A stretch of DNA of 64,000 nt from Podarcis bocagei (taxonomy: Eukaryota). Below are positions 12,617-22,800 of the stretch, one piece after another. Both the position numbers and the translations under genes were made by a program. Each line of letters begins with the position of its first letter. Position 1 is the first letter of the stretch. The stretch lies in NCBI GenBank assembly GCA_964188305.1, contig OZ076900.1; one strand, 5' to 3'. The notes under the pieces were generated by a model. It was not told where the DNA came from. It saw only the letters and a program-made list of their open reading frames with translations, and made no database searches.

Positions 12617-14358
12617 AGCATCCCCTCCTCCCTCCAAACCCAGGTTACAAAGTTGGTAGCCAATAGAAGGCTTCCCCCCTGCAATTGCAGAGCAGACAAC
12701 CTATTTGAACCCAGACTGGGCTTGCTAAATCAAAAGCAGGGTAGTAGTTAACTTCTTACCTTCAAAAACTGAATTGGTGCCAAAATATGAGGAAGTGTCA
12801 TGAGTTTCCAAAGAATCCAGAAACGTCTGCAAGGGGCGAGAGGGCAGGGAGAGAGTCAGAAACTATGAATGTGTGGACCTGACTCTTGGCTTGATGGGAT
12901 GCTCTTGGAAGAAGTGGAGTTGGATGATAGAGCACCCCCTCCAATGCAGACAGGGAACCTGGGTACTATGAGGGGTAAACCAGAGGGGCCTTCTTCAGAT
13001 GACAGCCTGCCTGACGAAACAGCAATACGGAGGGTCCCAATCCCTACCCACCCTCCTAAGTTGGGTGCATTTGAGGGCCATTTTTAAAAGTAAGAAAGTG
13101 TAGTCACATATTTGGAATGAAAGGTGTGTGTGTGCTGCTTAAGAGATGGCTAGTTTGTGTGTCATTGATTATGATTTTAAAGCAGGACTTGGGAACCAAT
13201 AGTTGTCAAGAGGATAGGGTCTGGCATGTCCCTATATTATCTGACAGTTGTCTCCTTAGCGGCTACCTTTGTGAACAGGCCTTTGTGTAACTAAAGAGGT
13301 CAAATACAGATACCGTGTTGACATAGAAACTAAATAGCCAGGACCCTTAACAAAAAAATAGCCCAGCTCTAAAAGGAGCCAAGTGTCAGGAGCCTTTACC
13401 CCAAAAGGCACCCCTAACATTCTAAGTAAACTTGTGTCGTTTGTAAAAGGTTTATTTAACCCCCCCCCCCCCTAATCCCTTGCAAATCTTTGATATTTTT
13501 GGTGTATTTTTCTTTTTGTAAATCTACCAAAGAATAAAATCAAATAAAGATTAAGGTGTTTTTTTCCAGGAAGGTGGAAGGTGTGTGTGCTGTGTCCCAT
13601 TGGTGAAGTGGTGATGGCACCCACCCTTCTTCTGATAGGAAATGCTGGGGGGGGTGGAATGGGGATTTGAGGAGGGTCACTTGGGAGGTGGGGAGAAATG
13701 TCCCTATTTTCATCTGAGGAGTATTGGAGAGTGTGCCAGAACCTCTGCTGGCATTGGCTGTAAATAAAAACTGCAGTTCAAAGGACTTGTGCTTGAACTT
13801 TCTACTCCTCCCTCCCTCTTGTTTTTCCTTGTGTGCTGTGTGTGTTTTTAGATTGTGATACTTGAGGGCTGGGGCCATCTTAGTGTTTATCTTTGTAAGC
13901 TGCTCTGACAAGTCTGTGGTTAAAGAGGTCCAAGTGCCATAATAAATAAATTTTAAGTGTATTGTTCAGAGACAACACTACAGCAATACATTCCCCCTTC
14001 ACCCACTGCAATGATCTGGGCTTATATATTTTTTCAACCTAGTATCTGACTGAGTGCTTCTTTCCATGCATGAAACTAGCCACACAAAAACTGCTGACTA
14101 GATGGTGCCATTCATAGAGATGCGGGAGCAGGGAGCAGGCTCAAAGCAAATTAATGGAGGTTTACCACTGAACTACCCCACAGTTTTATTTAAAGAGCTA
14201 GATCAACTCCATCAAGTATTTCTTTTGCAGGAGGAAATGAACTCTTTCCCTTGCAGCCCTGTTTTTCTACAGGTCAAACTTACCCGTTGGGTTCTTGACA
14301 GCCAGCAAACTCCCAAGGGGAACACTGCACAAAATACCACCCAGGTATTTAGGGCCAT
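276..14358 (-). CDS. ADAMTS13: ADAMTS13 (von Willebrand factor-cleaving protease), 5' 11 coding exons; gene continues beyond the left edge
   Basis: Manually spliced exons (minus strand): 14284-14358, 12760-12826, 12020-12303, 11188-11329, 10494-10633, 9277-9360, 7429-7553, 6557-6703, 3100-3234, 909-1059, 276-380. All introns are GT-AG with consistent phases. Diagnostic peptides: [80 protein letters not shown]. Confidence 0.96.
605..815 (+). mobile_element. tRNA-derived SINE (decayed)
   Basis: gccagtgtggtg...gggttcaaatccc head followed by a SINE core. Confidence 0.5.
909..1059 (-). CDS. ADAMTS13: ADAMTS13 disintegrin-like exon
   Basis: 151 nt; [11 protein letters not shown]...[29 protein letters not shown]. 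Confidence 0.95.
1698..1901. mobile_element. GC-rich non-autonomous hAT-like element
   Basis: Perfect 8-bp TSD cttctata at 1690-1697 and 1902-1909. Confidence 0.7.
2065..2303. mobile_element. Tc1/mariner-type MITE (CAGTGGTACCTC TIR, TA TSD)
   Basis: ta|cagcggtacctc ... gaggtaccactg|ta. Confidence 0.85.
2322..2684 (+). mobile_element. Sauria SINE
   Basis: aggtaaaggacccctggacagttaagtccagtc...tttagaccacagcgc, recognised Sauria SINE body. Confidence 0.8.
3100..3234 (-). CDS. ADAMTS13: ADAMTS13 exon with third zinc His and Met-turn
   Basis: 135 nt; [45 protein letters not shown]. Confidence 0.95.
4126..5365. mobile_element. Non-autonomous Tc1/mariner element (CCGTATTTTTCG TIR) with an internal GC-rich minisatellite (~80/120 bp units, ~4270-5215)
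   Basis: ta|ccgtatttttcgccctataggacgcacc ... ggtgcgccctatgggccgaaaaatacgg; tandem cgggtagctctgcgcaagccgc...agagctgcctcttatcccgaagcccc. Confidence 0.8.
5915..6079. mobile_element. hAT MITE (CATAGCTGTCAAC TIR); an inverted copy of the family at 37058-37210 is in every array unit
   Basis: 13-bp perfect TIR; 8-bp TSD cccagaag at 5907-5914 and 6080-6087. Confidence 0.85.
6557..6703 (-). CDS. ADAMTS13: ADAMTS13 exon with HEIGH zinc motif
   Basis: 147 nt; [48 protein letters not shown]. Confidence 0.97.
7429..7553 (-). CDS. ADAMTS13: ADAMTS13 metalloprotease exon ([19 protein letters not shown]...[10 protein letters not shown])
   Basis: 125 nt exon with AG/GT boundaries. Confidence 0.95.
8058..9247. 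mobile_element. Non-autonomous hAT element (TAGGGCTGGGTGAT terminus) with a nested LINE 3' fragment (~8111-8435)
   Basis: Termini tagggctgggtgat / attgcccatgccta; 8-bp TSD gagctgac / gagccgac (one mismatch). Confidence 0.7.
9277..9360 (-). CDS. ADAMTS13: ADAMTS13 metalloprotease exon ([28 protein letters not shown])
   Basis: 84 nt exon with AG/GT boundaries, nearly identical to the human peptide. Confidence 0.95.
9688..9958 (-). mobile_element. Solo LTR
   Basis: TGTTA...TAACA termini, 5-bp TSD aacgc on both sides; CCAAT/TATA-like motifs and AATAAA on the minus strand. Confidence 0.75.
10494..10633 (-). CDS. ADAMTS13: ADAMTS13 exon: furin site RYRR and start of the metalloprotease domain
   Basis: [47 protein letters not shown]; AG/GT boundaries. 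Confidence 0.95.
11188..11329 (-). CDS. ADAMTS13: ADAMTS13 extended propeptide exon ([17 protein letters not shown]...KPHIILRT)
   Basis: 142 nt, ccctag acceptor and gtaggc donor, phase 0 to 1; has the I.P ... PHII pattern typical of ADAM/ADAMTS prodomains. Confidence 0.85.
11350..11610 (-). mobile_element. CR1-type LINE 3' / SINE fragment
   Basis: ...gggaatgagttccatagtttaactatg and MATNLDGLK relic typical of CR1 3' ends. Confidence 0.55.
12020..12303 (-). CDS. ADAMTS13: ADAMTS13 extended propeptide exon ([11 protein letters not shown]...YCEGQL)
   Basis: 284 nt open exon inside ORF 11753..12328, ccacag acceptor and gtgagt donor, phase 1 to 0; M12B propeptide-like. Confidence 0.85.
12760..12826 (-). 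CDS. ADAMTS13: ADAMTS13 exon 2 ([22 protein letters not shown])
   Basis: 67 nt, ttgcag acceptor and gtaag donor; resembles human exon 2 (CLQALEPQAVSSYL). Confidence 0.85.
14284..14358 (-). CDS. ADAMTS13: ADAMTS13 coding exon 1 (signal peptide [25 protein letters not shown])
   Basis: ATG at 14358, hydrophobic 25-aa leader, donor GTAAGT, phase 0 matching the next exon. Confidence 0.8.
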
Positions 14359-16174
14359 GATGATACCAGCAGGATCTACAATGTACACCTCGGAGCAAGT
14401 GAGAAACTCTGGGCTTCCTTTTGGCCTTTTCGTGTCATGGAGCAGAATCAACAAACGGCAGAGAGTTTAAACAAGTGAGGTGGGGCATTTCAGGGGAAAG
14501 GGTATTTTTCTGCTGCAGCTGGGGGCTCTGCCAAAGGAGCTGAAGGGCGGAGGAAGGCTTGTGCAATGTTTGCACAGACTGGCCTCAACCAAACAATCAG
14601 TGATGGAAATAGGAGCTTTGGGATGGGTTATTTTGAAAATGCACACACAGCAAAACAAGACAGAAAAGAGAAGCCCAGGAGTGCAGGGGGATGGAAGAGG
14701 CATTTGTTCTACTTTCAAGCAGATTCCCGGTTTGTGTCAACCAGGGATGGAAGGCTCTTGTCAATTTTGGTCATTTCAGTTTCTCATTTTTCCAATCTTT
14801 AATCAAGTTCTCCATATTTATGAAGCAGTTTGCAAACTTTTAAAACCCCTCACAAAAATTCTACAGCACTGTGGTGTCAATTTCTTGTATTAAAACACAT
14901 ATTTCTCTGCAGTTTTGACTAGTGTAAACATTTTTGCAAACATTTTTTCCTAATGTTTCTGTGTTATTTTCACTAATACATTCATCTTTATGCACATTTC
15001 CCATCCACCCTTCTCCAGTGAGAGATGGTGAGGCTGGGGCTCCTCACCTTTACAGAACATCTACACAGGACTGAAAACTAATTTGAGGTAGCCTCAGTGA
15101 AAATTGAAACAGGGCAGTTTTTTATTCTGGATTAGATAACTCAGGACAATTTTGTCTCTCTGGTTTCATATATCATAGACTCCAGTTCTCCACACTGCTG
15201 ATAGAACCTATCAATTTGTTTTCAGACTTTGGGGGGACATTACACCTTACTCCCCCCTCCCCCGTATGCTGTGCTAGAAAGAAATATATACACACACACA
15301 AAATTTATTTTTATCCTTCCAATCATTTAACAAAGCTGGGGTGAATAATGAAAAGAAAAGCTCTGTTAGGATAGAAGAAAAGGGATTACCGGTAAATTCA
15401 GGAGACATGTGGGATGCATAAAATGAGACTCTGTGTGGACCCTAGGGCCAATGGTTGTCCACATTTCATTTACAGCTTTCAAGAGAACAGCCTGTACTTT
15501 GAGTTGGGCTCCGCAATTAAGGCATCAAAAATGTTCTTCTGAGTTGGCCTTTTGAAGGCTTCTAGGCCTAGTTCCTACAACAACTGATGAGGTGGTAAAC
15601 TCTAGGCTCTACCATTTTGGATGGTAGTTGGGGCTCATGGGACAGAATACACTTCAATATTAAAAACAAAGCCCCAGTGTAGAAAACTGAGTGTTGAATG
15701 AAGAGTTTTAGCCTAGTTTAAATAGGCTGGGAGGATAGGATTTTTTTCCTTCCAATTTATCCTTTTCAAAAATGTAGGTTTTGCCCCTACAGTTATAGGG
15801 AATATGACCAACTGCTGTGTAAGGGGAGCCCTTGATAACGGTCGGGTACCACCAGGAAGAGTGAATTTATTTCTCTTTCTACCCCCTCCCTCCCTGAGTA
15901 GTTCTTATTCTACACTTCCATCTTACATGATGGCATCATAATAGTCTCCTTCCTCACAAGTTCCATGGTTGTCATAGAGATGGCAATAAATTATTTTGCA
16001 TCATCATAATCATCCTGTTGAATCTTCCTGTTTTCAAGAACTCTGAGCAGTTCCTATTCTGCACTGGGATGCTAGGATATTAGATTGTGGGACGTTAAGT
16101 TTCCATGCATGGAGCAGTCTGCACAATATTGCTCAAACGTAAGGGGGATTCTGATGAACAGAACTCCCTATTCT

Positions 16175-18301
16175 TTTTTAAAAAATAATAATATTTATTC
16201 AAAGTTTAAGAATTAAAGAAAGCAGTAAAAAAGAAAGAGAAAAATAAACAATACAAATCAATACATTACAATACATATAAAAAAGCAAAAGACACAATAC
16301 ATCTAAACAAAAACAAAAGCAAAAACAGTTAAAAACACACCCAATATTTCCATATCTTTATCTTTCATTAACTTGTTTCATCGACCTCCCTTTTTGTGTT
16401 CTAGTTATTAATTATTTCAGCAAATCCTTTCCATCTTTCACTGTTTTCTGTCATTTAATTATCTTAATATTTTTTTAACCTTATCTTACCATTAAGACCC
16501 TAAAACTTATTTATACTTAACTCCTTATAACATTTCTACTAAAGCCATATAATTTCATTCCAACATTTTTCTAACACTCATTAATTTTGCAACATTTCTC
16601 TAAATAATTTTTTTAAACCCCCCCCCAATCTTCTTCCACCATCTCTTCTCCCTGGTCTTAGATTCTGTCAGTCCTTTCTATCAATACCATATAGTCCATC
16701 AACCTGGTGACCTTCTGTCCGAGGCTCTTAACTCTCTTCCATGTCCCTTCTGCAGATCTTCTTCATATTTATACATGCACTTTACTTTATCTTCTGCTGA
16801 TCTTGTTCTTAATTTCCTTCCTTTGGCATTGAGGAGTAGATCTCGGGGAAACTCCAACCTAACAATGTCCTTATTCCTTCTCGACAGGTCAGCCCGTTCT
16901 CCATAGTCAGAACTAAAGTCCAAAAGATATTTCAGAGCGCCAATCTCCCCCTGACCCAAATCCAGATCCCAAAGGCCAGAGCATCCCTGCATAAGAGGAT
17001 CTATCCAACTTTCCTTCTCCAATCCAAGCAGGGCTCCATCCCACCAAATCTGTCTTTTTCTAGATTGGATCATAAAGGGCAACAGCTTATGTTCATCAAA
17101 TTCCCTCTGTGAGGCCGGGGCTCTCTCCACTTGAATTACTTGAGGTTCAACAACAACTTTCTCCTTCGACTTCTCCACAGCTTACCATGTCAAAACAGAT
17201 TCCTGAGTCAATTCCTGGGTAATTTCTGTATAGGTATTCACTTTTTGTCCCAACTCAGTCATTTTTTGTCCCAAATTGTCAATTTTAATAATCATCACAT
17301 CAGTCTTCTCATGAAGCTGTTCCAATAGAGCACTTGTCTTGCAAAATGCAATCACTAAGGCTTCTTCTGTCAACATTCTTGTCCAAGGTTCTGATTCTCT
17401 TGTCCTCTGATTCTCACGATTTTTAATCTCTGCAGCTGGAAAATTCCCCAGCTCCACTCCTGCAACAGTTTCAAAAGCTCCCTCTAGGGGAAACAATTTC
17501 TATTTGTATCCATCCTTTTGAACACAGATCCAGTGACAGAGTTAGTTTCGATTTCCAGTTACTTCTTTGCTCCTTTTTAAGTGCAAAAGGAAACAATGGA
17601 AACAATATATTTCTCTTATTTAACTATCTGTCAACATATGTTTTATTCACAGTCAATGAACTTTCCCAAAACGTCAATCTTACTGGCAGCCTGTTCCCAG
17701 GTTCGAAACGGTGGTGATTTATCTTTCTTCACTCTCTCTCCTGCAGGCTTAAACGATCTAAAATTTTTTCCCCTCTTCTCCTGCTTCCAAGGGGGGTTTA
17801 GTAATTTTGACCGATGGAGATTTAATCCTTTACAAAAGACTTTCCAGGCTTTAGCTTGTAACGTCTTTGCTTTAATCTATTTACAAAAGAGGAAGGCAGA
17901 CTTCCTGTTTGAAACCTTCCCGTTTCGATGCCAAATTAAGAAGTTTAGAGATCCAATTTTCCATTCTACTCACGGGTAGTTGTTTAGAGTCCAATTGTCC
18001 ACAGGAAAAAGTCAGCGCTCTCCGGCAACAGCAATGCGGCTTCACTCTGTGAAAGAAGCAGTTGATTTGAAGCACCACGCCACTCACCCCATGTCGCTCC
18101 GGATCCCCGAAACCGGGTTTCCCCGCCAGTAGGGGAGGCGCAAAAGGTGCCAGCCGAATCCCACGTCCACAGGCTTCTCCCGCCTGTGGTTTTTAGTGGG
18201 TCTCTGCCTCGCTGTGGCGGTCCAGACCCTGATTTCCACGGAGGAGATTCCTCCCGATCAGAGGAAATCCGCCATTGCCGGAGGCGCTAACCCGGAAGTC
18301 C
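16175..18301 (-). mobile_element. Full-length non-autonomous L1-derived retroelement (ORF1 relic plus ORF2 3' tip), with TSD
   Basis: TSD cagaactccctattct at 16159-16174 and 18302-18317; GC-rich 5' end GGACTTCCGG; coiled-coil-like ORF 17182..17496; the 3' part matches the C-terminus and 3'UTR of the L1 at 33.0-34.1 kb; A-rich tail. Confidence 0.8.
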
Positions 18302-19469
18302 CAGAACTCCCTATTCTAAGTGGAATGGGGAATTAATGAATATTCAGCACTCCTGTACCCGTGTCTCCTTGGCTGCCTGGGATACCATGTGCACATATGA
18401 ACTGGACTCTAAATAAGAAATGGTGTGACTATGTGAGGAAATGACGACAGCCATATGTTTGGAACAGGAGTGGGAAACCTGATTTTAAGAAATTGTAGTA
18501 AATTAAATTAATTTGGTTTGATTTATAATAATTTGGAAAAAAAATTTTAAAATGGTAAAAAGGTAGGACCTATTTTTATTGTAGAGTATATTCCTCCTGA
18601 GGTAGTTAATGCTTCTTCCAGTCCATTATTCCTGTTCTCCTTTTTACATAGTACTATGCTATTTCAGTAATCAAAAAAATCTGAGGGGCTGCAAAATTCA
18701 GAAGATCCACTTGGAGGCTCCAAATATTGGCTTCAAAAGATTACCAAAGTCTGCACATTTTATCCTTCTTGGGGAGGATAAACCTTATGCGATCAAGGCT
18801 TTAATCAGGTGTATTTGTGTGGCAGCAGTAAATAAAGGGAGAGTAGGTTTCTTCTGCTCTCTATTTATTTACTTCCCCCACACCTCCTGACACCAGAGTT
18901 CTGCTTAAGCCCATGCAACAGCAGGAAGCCCTTTCTGCCTCACCTCCCCCTCTCCCATGTTGCTGAGACTTGCTTGGCAGCCACCACTATTCCAATGAAA
19001 AAAGTAAACTGGTGTTATTTACTGAGTTAAAAATAAATAAACTTGTCTTGTTTTCTAAGCCTCTTTCCTCTCTTCTCCCCTCCTGTGTGTGTGTTTCTGT
19101 GCCCACTCCTCTCTTTTAGGGAACGTTCTATCACCTTACCTTTGATATCAATGCTACTCATTAGTTCTACAGCTTTTATTTTAGATAAAAGCTGCTAATT
19201 TAAGAATTATGTGTCCATTCGCCTCTACATAGCTCCGTGCCTATTTCAGACTTGCTGTTATAGCGGTATAGCATGATGTTTAGCTGGTGAAATATCACAA
19301 TGTTGAAAAGCAGACATCTCTCTGCCCTGGATGGAGCACTTTTCCTTTATCACCTATGTTTATGTAGGATGCTCATTTCAGTCTGTCAATCTTCCTGCCT
19401 TTTCAAGTATCAGTACCTCATTTGTGACATAATATATTGCATGCAGAACTTGCTTTTGTTTTAGGTATG

Positions 19470-19839
19470 TGAAATATACTCAGAGTCGCAAAGTGATTTC
19501 ATGCTCTTTATTCAGCTCCTAGTGGTGAGGAGGAATGAATGAAAGTCCCCTCACAGTATCTGCTTTATATACATTATTTACACAATGGGCTGCACATGAT
19601 TGGCTAATTCCGGAATTCTACTGTAAGCCAATCAGGTTGTGGATTCACTTCTATCTGGAGCAGGATTGGGTGGTTCCTGCCAACCAATCATACTGCTGCA
19701 TTGTTCTAGGACCAATCAGACTGCTGCATTCTGAATCCTATTGTTCTAGGACTAATCAGACTGCTGCAATTTGGATCCTATTGTTCTAGGACCAATCAGA
19801 CTGCTTCAGTTTGGATCCTATTCAACTCAGTACATAACA
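19470..19839 (-). mobile_element. Solo LTR inserted in the satellite
   Basis: TG...CA termini, 5-bp TSD gtatg; tandem CCAAT-containing repeats, then TATATAAA and AATAAA on the minus strand. Confidence 0.75.
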
Positions 19840-22800
19840 GTATGTTCCTCCAGAGGTTCTTAACTGTTTCCAGTCCATCATTCCATTTCTGCTTTATACA
19901 TAGTGCTATGCTATTTCAGTCAGCCAAAAATCTGAGGTGTTCCAAAATTCAGAAGATCCACTTGGGGGTGCCAAATATTGGCCTTCCAGAGGCACACTTT
20001 TAAGGAAAGATTTCAAAGTGCATCCATGGAGGGCGGTGCTAGGTACTTGCTTGCCCAGGTTTGGGCAGGACAGAAGGGCTCTAGGACACTGCCAGAGCCT
20101 TGGACTTCCCTACCCAGAACCAGAGCGCTGCTCAGGTTGCTCAGCCAAGGCGGCACAAAATTGAGAAGATCCATATTGTCTGCCTTTGGAAGGGTGGCAC
20201 AAGGGCTCTGGGGTGCTGCCACTAAACCACTAAACCTTATGAGATTGCAGTGGGGGGGAGGTAAATAAATGGAGAGTGGAATTCCTCTATTTATTTACTT
20301 CCCTAAACTGGGGTTATGTTGTTGTTGTTTTTTAAAAAAACTTGTCCCAGTTGTTTAAGCCTCTTTCTTCCCTTCTCCCCTCATGTTTGTTAGGGAATAT
20401 TCTCTCATCTTACCTTTGATATCTATGCTGCAAATCATTCTACAAATTTTTTTTTTTTTTTAGGGAAATGGTGATAATATTAAATTTTCATGTACTGTAA
20501 TATAAAATAACAGTTGTGACAATATTTAAAGGGTAAGAAAACATTTACAAGTTTTAGTCCCCTTAGTAGTAGCAGTTGCCAGCACAGGACCCTGTTCACA
20601 TCTACATAGATCCATTGGGGGCGGTATTTAAGTAGGGACTTGGGGAACAGCTGAATTCCCTTACGTTTTTTATTAATTTTTTTTTGTCTGGGAGGACTAG
20701 AATGGATATACACACAATACTTGATCATTCAGATCATTGCTTGAATTTATTAACCACGTCTTACTTTTAGGTACTGGGCAGGGAAGGTGGCAATCCGACT
20801 AGGGCTGCAATAAACAAACAAAACGTTTCATGGTGAGTTCCTCCACTTTATTCTATAAAAAATGCTCTGGTTCTATCCTTATTTCTGACATGCTGCTGTA
20901 CTGGTATATCACAATGTTTAGGTAGTGACATATCACAATGTTGAAAAGCAGACATCGCCCAGCCTCGTTGTATCACCATTTTAGGAAAGATTACAAAGTG
21001 CACCCATTTTGTGTAGCCTTTGGAAGAGCAGCGCTAGGGCTCTGGGATGCCAGAGCCCTGGCACCACCTTCCCAAAGCCGGAAATCTAGTACTTGCTTGT
21101 GCAGCATTGCGGAGGAGGGAGCTGCTCAAGGACACTGCAGTTTCCTTCCCAGAGCCAGAGTTGTGGCAGTATCCCTGGCAGTGTTTCTGCCCAGGGCACC
21201 CAGACTCTACCTTTGGAAGGGTGGCAAAAGGGCTCTGGGATGCTGCCAGAGCCCCTGACACCAAGTAAACCTCATGAGATTGCAGCTTTGCACTTGTGTG
21301 GGGTGGGGGTGGGGAGAGAATAGATAAATGGAGGGTGGGATTCCTCTGCTTTCTATTTATTTACTTCCCAAAACGGGTTATTTTCCAAAAAAAAAAAACC
21401 TACCTCAGTTGTTTGAGGATCTTTCCTCCCTTCTCCCCTTCTTTGGGGGCATGTGTCTCTGTGTCTCCTTCCTGGCTGTTAGGGAACCTTCTTGTATCTT
21501 AGCTTTGATACCTATGGTACTAATAACTTTTACAGGTTAAATTTTAGAGAAGAGATGATAATTTTAGGATTATCTGCAGTATAAGATAACAGTTGTAACA
21601 ATATACTAAAGGTAATAATTTTTTATATATAAAGGTTAGACCCCTATGCAGTAGCAGTTGCCAACATGTTTGCCTCTACATAGTTCCATCCTTATTTCAG
21701 ACATGGTGTTATATTGGTGGTATATAGTGATGTTTAACTGGTGACATATCATGCTGTTCAAAAGCAAACATCTCACTGCCCTTTCCCGTTCTGACCTATG
21801 CTTATGTAAGATGCTCATTTCAGTCTGTCAATACATTGCGTATAGAACCTGCTTTTGTTGTAGGATATATTCCTCTGGAGGTACTTTACACTATTTTCAG
21901 TCAGTTTTTACATAGTGCTAGGCTATTGCAGTCATTCCAAAATGTGAGATGATGAAAAATTCAGAAGATCCAATTAGGGGCACCAAAAATATTGGACATG
22001 CACAGGCTGCCATTTTTGGAATGATTACAAAGTGCATCTATTTTGTGCAGCTGTGGGAGGCCGGCACTAGGGCTTTGGGAGGCTGCCGCAGCCCTGGCAC
22101 TGCTTTCCTGAAGCCAGAATTTAGTAAGGACTTGCCCACACAAAAGTGAGAAGATGCATACTTGAGAAGATCTACTTGGGGGCACCAAATATTGGCCTCC
22201 CCGAGGGTGCCATGTTAGGAAAGATTACAAAGTGTATTCATTTTGTATAGCTTTTGGGAGGTGGCGCTAGGGTGGCCCCGCCTTCCCAAAATGGGAAGTC
22301 TAGTACTTGTTTGTGCAGCATTGCGGAGAAGAGAGGTGCACTGCCACAGCCCTGCAGTTTCCTTCCCAGAACCAGATCAGTGCCTGCAGTTTTCATCACA
22401 GCAAGCCCATCTTAGGTGGCATGAAATTTGGGGCTCTTGCAAGAGTAGGAAGCCATTTCTGCCTCCCCTCCCAAAAGCCCGGCATGTTACTGTGGCTCGC
22501 ATGGCAGCCTCCACTACTCTGGTAGAAAAATAAACTGGAGTTATTTAATGCTGAGTTTAAAACAATAAAATTAATCTTGCTCTGTTTAAGCCTTTTTCCT
22601 CCTGTTGCCCCACAAACAATCTGCGTCTCCTCATCTCTGTTAGGGAACATTCTGTCACCTTACCTTTCACATCTATGCTGCTGATTTCTTCTACAGCTTT
22701 TTTTTTAAAAAAGGTATTATTTTAAAAATTATTGGTAATATAAAATCACATTTGTAACAATTTCTTAAATGTAAGTTAAAATGAATAAGTTTTAGACCCC

